64,000 nt of DNA, taken from positions 66,836,001 to 66,900,000 of the forward strand of contig OX597832.1 of assembly GCA_951406725.2 (NCBI GenBank), written 5' to 3'. The DNA is from Octopus vulgaris. Its lineage: Eukaryota. The notes beneath the pieces were generated by a model that ran no database searches, was not told the DNA's origin, and saw only the letters and a list, made by a program, of their open reading frames with translations. The translations under genes and the position numbers were made by a program. Below are positions 57,319-64,000 of this stretch, piece by piece (the stretch's first letter is position 1; each line of letters begins with the position of its first letter).

Positions 57319-57486
57319 TGTATGTTTGTGTGTCTGTGTTTGTCCCCCTAGCATTGCTTGACAACCGATGCTGGTGTGTTTATATCCCCGTCACTTAGCG
57401 GTTCGGGGTCGAGTTGCTCGACTAAAGGCGGTGTTCCAGCATGGCCGCAGTCAAATGGCTGAAACAAGTAAAAGAGAGTAAAGAGT
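57110..57486 (+). mobile_element. SINE family A with internal (TA)n
   Basis: GCGCAGGAGTGGCTGTGTGGTAAG...GGTTCAGTCCC...GAAAGAAGCCCGTCG-(TA)n-...GCATGGCCGCAGTCAAATG. Confidence 0.88.
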
Positions 57487-57761
57487 ATACATATAGTATA
57501 TCTGACTATGCACGTATGTATGTGTATGCGCAAGTGCGTGAGATCGTACGCTTATATATGTGTATAATCTGAAACTGTACTAATATACATCCATATTTAC
57601 GTATATATAGATATACCTAATACTCTGTCTCTCACAAAGCACATGTATCATATCTCTCTCTCTCTATCCATCTATCTACCCGTTTATCTATATTCCTATA
57701 TATTTATCTATACATATATACATACATATATACATACATACTTTCATATATACATACATGC

Positions 57762-59130
57762 ATTCTGCTTCATCGGACGCTTGATGTGATCTGAGCCATT
57801 GATATGAAAACCCGAAAAATACTAACAAGCACACATAATATCCACATAAACAGTGACGTTGACCGCCCCTACCTAAAAGGAAAATGAGGCTTAACATTGA
57901 TCCAAAATGCTTTTGTATATGGCATCATACTCCTTCGGCAACCTCTTTTAACCACGAAGTGTCGAAGTGCATTGCTTAACCAAGTTGCGTACATGAGGCT
58001 GATAATATCATTAGACATGCAAGGCAGCTCCTTGAGCAACGCTCTTTGTCTGATAACCTAACATACATGCCCAAAGAAGTAGCACGACTCTGCCGCAACA
58101 TATCATCAGATGAAAAGGTGAGCCTATATGAGCAGAAGACAATGGGTAGATATATTAGTAGAAAGCGCGTAGATTATAATAACATTGATAATCAAACCAG
58201 TTTATCATGGTCCAATAGCCGGTTTACTACCTCCCATTTTGAAGGGTAAGCGTTTGCAATCTCGGAACAGGAAATATCAACCAGGTACCTGATGCACAAA
58301 AGGGATAGAGATGCAAGAAAAGCCGTAAAATGTGACAACCGATGCAGACTTTGTGGAGTTCACACTGAAGAAATCACCCACATCATAAGCAATTATCTTA
58401 AAATGTCATCACGGTATTATCTACTGATGAGACACGATGTAGCTAGGACGCTCTATAATGAAATCCATCGGAAGGATAATCCCGGGAACAAAGAAATAAG
58501 AACCCACAATATGATAAAAGCCATAACCACTCACAAGAAAGAGGAATACTGCTACAATGTACCAGTAAAGACTTCAATATAATGTAAGCACATCAGACCT
58601 GATATAGTGATTTGGGATTTAGAAGAGAAACTATGCACAGTTGTGGGCATTTTCTGCCCAGTGGATTTTAACATAAGTGGAAGATCAGTGAAAAAGCGAA
58701 CACTTATGTTAAACTATTGAGAAATCTGCAGTTACTCTATCCATATTACAAGTTCAGGTTTATACCCGTATTTATTGGGACACTAGGATATATAACAGAC
58801 TGCCTAAATACTAATCTTGAGAAATTAGGCTTCTCAAAAAGCTGAAAGGAGAAAGCTAATTCGAAGTCTACAGATCCAATCCATAATTGGAACTGCAAAG
58901 CTCTATAAAACTTTCCAGAAGTTTATCATTTAAATACATGAGCATGTCTAGATATGCAGTTATATCAATGAGATCTAAAGCAAAATATAGAGATCTGCAC
59001 ATGTACATAAATACAAACCAAAATACCCTGTTGTTGATGTTGAAATTCCAATGAAGGTGCTTTGGTTCTAGGTTAGAAACCAGCTTTTTCTCTATTGGCA
59101 AGAAACCTGGAAATAAAACTGAACAATGAC
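57762..59130 (+). mobile_element. Degenerate R4/Dong-like element, 3' part (distinct family)
   Basis: IDMKTRKILT..DVDRPYL; HFEG; CRLCGVHTEEITHII; RHD; RPDIVIWD; multiple stops and frameshifts. Confidence 0.8.
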
Positions 59131-59408
59131 AGATGTGCATGTGTGTGTTTGTAAATGTTATGACATAAGTGGACATGTCGGTTGTAAGAATAGCATTACA
59201 CAAGTAAATATTTGGATATGGTCGTCTCGAATAAGCTTTCTTAGAATTAATATTTTCCCATAGAAGGCACTCCTTACTACTCCGAACTTAGTGACGATAT
59301 TAATCTAACACTGTAACCAATACGGACAATCAACGCTGCCAACTGTATTGCTGGCGACTACTGACAGTTTCCACAATTTCTTTATTTTATTGAAGAGTGT
59401 TAGTCCAC

Positions 59409-59410
<2 letters not shown>

Positions 59411-59498
<88 letters not shown>
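59411..59498. repeat. (TG)n microsatellite
   Basis: Direct. Confidence 0.95.
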
Positions 59499-59506
<8 letters not shown>

Positions 59507-60062
59507 TGTATCATGGGAACAAACGAACGAATTTAAATTCAATGAACTGGTTTCATTCTGCCGCCTTGCAGGAATAAATTTTCCATAACTTTAATATTAT
59601 TCACTTTCTTCATTACATGCGACATGTTAATTGAAGAATATTTCCGCCTCATACTCCTCAGTCACTTTGTCTTCTATTTCATATCACCCTAAGAAAATTT
59701 TGAAAAGCCATCATTTCAATTTGCTAAATCACTGAATTTTCTTCATCCAAAAAGAAAAAAATATACTGGACTTATTCGCTCTGATGTCTAGTTAGCCATG
59801 GAGAGAACATTGCTTCCCTGAATTTGCCTATTGAAACTAATTTCCATCCATTTTGTTACAATGATTATCGATGTTCAGGTTCACATGCACAACGCCATAT
59901 TATCATTAAATTAATTTTTTTATGATTTTAATTTCTGGAGTCTTCCCACGCCATCCTTATGAGAATAAATTTTTATTAACACTAATGAATTTTTACTCAT
60001 GAGATTTTAATTTCATTGAATGAAGAATATTATCGGCTCAATATCTTCTGTATAATATGCTT

Positions 60063-60096
<34 letters not shown>

Positions 60097-61084
60097 CACG
60101 CATATATATGCACATACCTACATATGTATATATATATGTATGCTCTATAGTTTATAGGTTAGAGGAAGGTGTAATCTATATAGACTAGACTTCAAAGTTC
60201 TCGAGAGATATGAATTCGAACGGTTAGATGAATAAATGTAAAGACAAGCAAACCAGGCAAGTCAAATTACACAAAATATTAAATACATTTAATAGAAAAA
60301 ATATACATGTGCATGGATATAAAATAGTGCGACTTACAGATGTATATATATTTACACATGCATACACATCCTTACAAACAACGCAGACACACACAAAGAA
60401 GCACACAGACACACATATACATATATGTATACAGCTTTGTGCGTGCCTGTATGTATATATGCACATGAATGATTTAAATATGAGCACACGTATGAGTGTG
60501 TGTATATGTAAAACTATGTGCAATGTTGTGTATAAGTATGCGCTTACGAAAATGTGAATAATACTTGTTTATTTTCTGCGGTGGTGGCGTAAATTTGGCA
60601 GTGCTATGCCTGGCATAAAAACTACAGTATTGAGAATCTCATTTGAAATGTATGTAGACGGTGGCTTCTAACGGCATTTTCATGTCACATCCTATTTACA
60701 GAACATTACTGCAAAGAAACTGTCAGGAAAATATATTGCTCGGAGTAATCTTCCTATATAATAAACACATAATACATTACATATCTATATTCCTTGCGTA
60801 ATAATTCACTGAAAAGATGACAGATGAATAACAACTTCGAATTTAAGTAGTCTGGTTGGGCTTCTAAAGTATGTGTTTTCGTGAGCGTATAAAATTGTGC
60901 AATGCTCAGTTTAAGTTGATAAACGTCTGTCTTTGGAAACAACGTATGAGGACCTTCTATAGGTGTGATACGGTTAATGGAAAGAAAAGTTATATCATAA
61001 TGAACATGAACTTTAATGGGAAAGAAAATAACATCATTGAGCATCTACATCGGACGAGTGATATATATAACTGAGACATTTGCA

Positions 61085-61606
61085 ATTCAAAATCTCTTGT
61101 CAATAGAGAAAAAGCCGGTTTCTAACCTAGACGCAAGGCTCCTTTATTGGAATTTCAATATCAATAACAAGGTACTTTTGTTTCTATGTATGTATATATG
61201 TATGTGCAGATCTGTATGTTTTATGTAAGTATTCTCATGTATATAGCTGCATGTTTAGACATGCTCATATATACTTAAATGATAAACTTCTGGAAAGTTT
61301 TACAGGCTTTTACAGTTCAAGTGATAGATTGGATCTGTACTCTTCGAATTAGCTTTCTCGTTTTTGGTTTTGAGGAGGCGAATTTTTTAAGATTGGTATT
61401 TAGGCTGTGTGTTACATATCCAAGGTTCCCAATAATTACAGGTACAAACCTGAACTTACAATCTGGATAGAGTAACTGCAGATTTCTCAATAGGTGTTCT
61501 CTTTTTCACTGATCTTCAGTTTGATGTTAATATCAGTTGGGCAGCTAATTTCCACAACTGTGCACAGTTTCTCTTCTCTATCACAAATCCTTATATCTGG
61601 TCTGGT
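61085..61606 (-). mobile_element. Second copy (3' end) of the 57762-59130 family, inverted
   Basis: RPDIRICDREEKLCTVVEISCPTD; reverse-complement match to ~58590-59110. Confidence 0.82.
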
Positions 61607-61659
61607 GTATATGCATGTATTTATGCATGTATCTCTATCTATCTCTCTGTATGCATGTA

Positions 61660-61699
<40 letters not shown>

Positions 61700-62478
61700 T
61701 GTGCGCGCGCGCATCGTGAGAGAGTTTAGTCCATTTCACTGTGCTGGTTGTTCTCATATGTAGACCAGCTATCACCTCATCATAGCTAAGCACATCTTTT
61801 TGTTTCACATGTTATTCGAAAGTATTCAAGTTGGATATTGGTTGTTTGAGTGAATCACTCAAGGTTTTACCTCTCATCTGTCCCCAGTGATTAAAATACA
61901 TTAAAAAATTTCTGAGTTTTAGAGTTAAATTTAATTTGGTATATTCGATTAGTTTTAGTGTTCGGTATTTCATTATGGTACATTTTGATGGAAGCAGTGT
62001 GCGTTTTAACTGGAAGAAACTAAGAATGAAATGATAAATGTTCAGTTACTTAAGTTAATTAAATTCCTGTTAATTATATAAATTGATTTAAACGGTGGAA
62101 CTCGAAGTATATAAAGCTATAAATAATAGCATATAACATATTTGATTTAAAAGCTCAATGAGCAGCCTCATAATTTTTCCCGCTGTTAGATAAAATATTC
62201 TACTTTCATTTACTTCGAGTTTCATCGTTAAACGATTAATTTCATAAACGCTGGGCAAAGCATCTTTACGTTCAGTGTTCTAATTTTATCATTTCGGGAT
62301 CAATAAATTAAGTACCAGCTGAACACTGGTGTCAACGTAATCGACTTAAAACCGAACTTCCTGGTCATATGATAAAGTTAGAAACCACTATTTATCGCTT
62401 TATTTATTTCTGAGTTGAACCGTTAAAATCATTTTACACGTCTCCCGAAGTTCCTAAAATATATGTACTCACAATATA

Positions 62479-62727
62479 TATTTCTTTACTTTATATTTCT
62501 TTACTACCCACAAGGGGCTAAACACAGAAGGGACAAACAAGGACAGACAAAGGGATTAAGTCGATTATATCGACCCCAGTGCGTAACTAGTACTTAATTT
62601 ATCGACCCCGAAAGGATGAAAGGTAAAGTCGACCTCGTTGGAATTTGAACTCACAACGTAGCGACAGACGAAATACGGCTACGCATTTCGCCCGGCGTGC
62701 TAACGTTTCAGCCAGCTCACCGCCTTA
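62479..62727 (-). mobile_element. SINE family B, full length, 16-bp TSD ATGTACTCACAATATA (62463-62478 and 62728-62743)
   Basis: Perfect TSD; tRNA-like head. Confidence 0.9.
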
Positions 62728-63109
62728 ATGTACTCACAATATAAACTTCATATGAGTAGTATTTTGCTTTTTAAAAATGCATAGAAATATATTCCAAGTC
62801 CAAACATAAAATATGAAATCCTTCAGTATAGTATTTGATATTGCCGTAAAGCAGGGCAGCAGTAGATGTTATTTAATACATGGTTGTCAATGTAAACTAT
62901 AAACTGAAATACCTCTATCATTAGATGGATTCAAACAGGAACACTTAAATTCTATATCACTACTAGAATAGCATTTTTCATACAAAATCTATGAAATTCA
63001 TACGAATACATAAATACATACAGGCGACAGCTGTGCAACAATAATTAGGTACATTAGGCACTGCTTGGTGGAGTACATACCAATGATGGTAGCTACAATG
63101 AGCAACAAA

Positions 63110-63345
63110 TATTTATCTCTTCATTGCCTAAAGGAGGCTAATCATAGCAGGTACAAACAAAGAAAAGCAAAGGGATTAAGTCGATTACGACTCCAGGGCA
63201 TAACAGGTACTTATTTAATCGACCCCGAAAGGATGAAAGGCAAAATCAACCTCGGTGGAATTTGAACACAGAATGTAAAGACAGACGAAATACTGCTAAG
63301 CATTTCACCCAGCGTGCTAACATTTCTGCCTGCTCGTCGCCTTGA
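63110..63345 (-). mobile_element. SINE family B
   Basis: TTTAATCGACCCCGAAAGGATGAAAGGCAAAATCAACCTCGGTGGAATTTGAAC. Confidence 0.82.
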
Positions 63346-64000
63346 AAGAGCCAAAACTATTGAAATTAAACGGAATCTACTTTGCTCATTTCTGCTAGTA
63401 CCACGAATAGGATGTGGATGATTGCACTCAATGTGGTAGCTTCTCACACTGTTATAGCAACTAAATTTCCTTCAAAACATACCTAACAGTTTTAAGAGAG
63501 TGGGACGGGCATATGACATGACATAAGCTGAAATATACAATGGATAAACGATTTTCTGATATATAAACGAATTAGATTAGCAATGGAAGAGCTTGAGTTT
63601 GCATTATTACTCTAAGATGTCCAGATAAAAGTATTGAATAACTGGATATTGGGAATAATAGATTCTTGTTAGCTGTCTACTTGTTCAGTCAATTTGTTAT
63701 GTGCTATAGATCTAGTTTATCAGGGACAGCTAGAGTTATGCAAGATGTACAATTGTAGCAAGAGCAACGACAACCATGGCAATGACAAAAAACAAAAAAC
63801 AAAACAGCAGTTTTACCAACACCGCCACCACTAACGAAGGACAGTGGAAAACTGATGAATGGTTTGTCGCATCACAATGAAGATTTGAAATCATTCCATG
63901 TCTCTGTATTATTAGTGTATGAAGATCTTTGAGCATTGCCCTAGACAAGTATAGTGCAAGAATAGAAAAGCATTTTTGTGCTATATGTAAAAGACGATAG

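Overview
Eukaryotic, AT-rich, microsatellite-saturated DNA with no recognisable host exon. The SINE families and repeat landscape suggest a coleoid cephalopod (Octopus-like); this comes from recall, not a database search. Nearly all listed short ORFs are microsatellite artefacts. Real coding remnants are all retroelements: (i) a ~9 kb, head-to-tail nest of R4/Dong-type non-LTR elements (RT + CCHC + restriction-like endonuclease; all coding pieces on the minus strand) separated by (TAA)n at ~8.8-18 kb, plus three more Dong fragments; (ii) Penelope-like elements (PLEs; RT thumb + GIY-YIG); (iii) a CR1/Jockey-like RT scrap. There are also many tRNA-derived SINEs and two non-autonomous Helitron-like elements. 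The most interesting signal is non-coding. Short inserts in (TA)n tracts, often inside SINEs, carry minimal type-I hammerhead ribozyme (HHR) folds with palindromic stem III. They occur as a 700-bp palindrome, a tandem-plus-inverted ~520-bp unit, and PLE 3' ends. Two HHRs are canonical. Others have non-canonical cores, and together they sample all four Watson-Crick pairs at the tertiary 3-8 position (C-G, G-C, A-U, U-A). Almost all lie on the minus strand.
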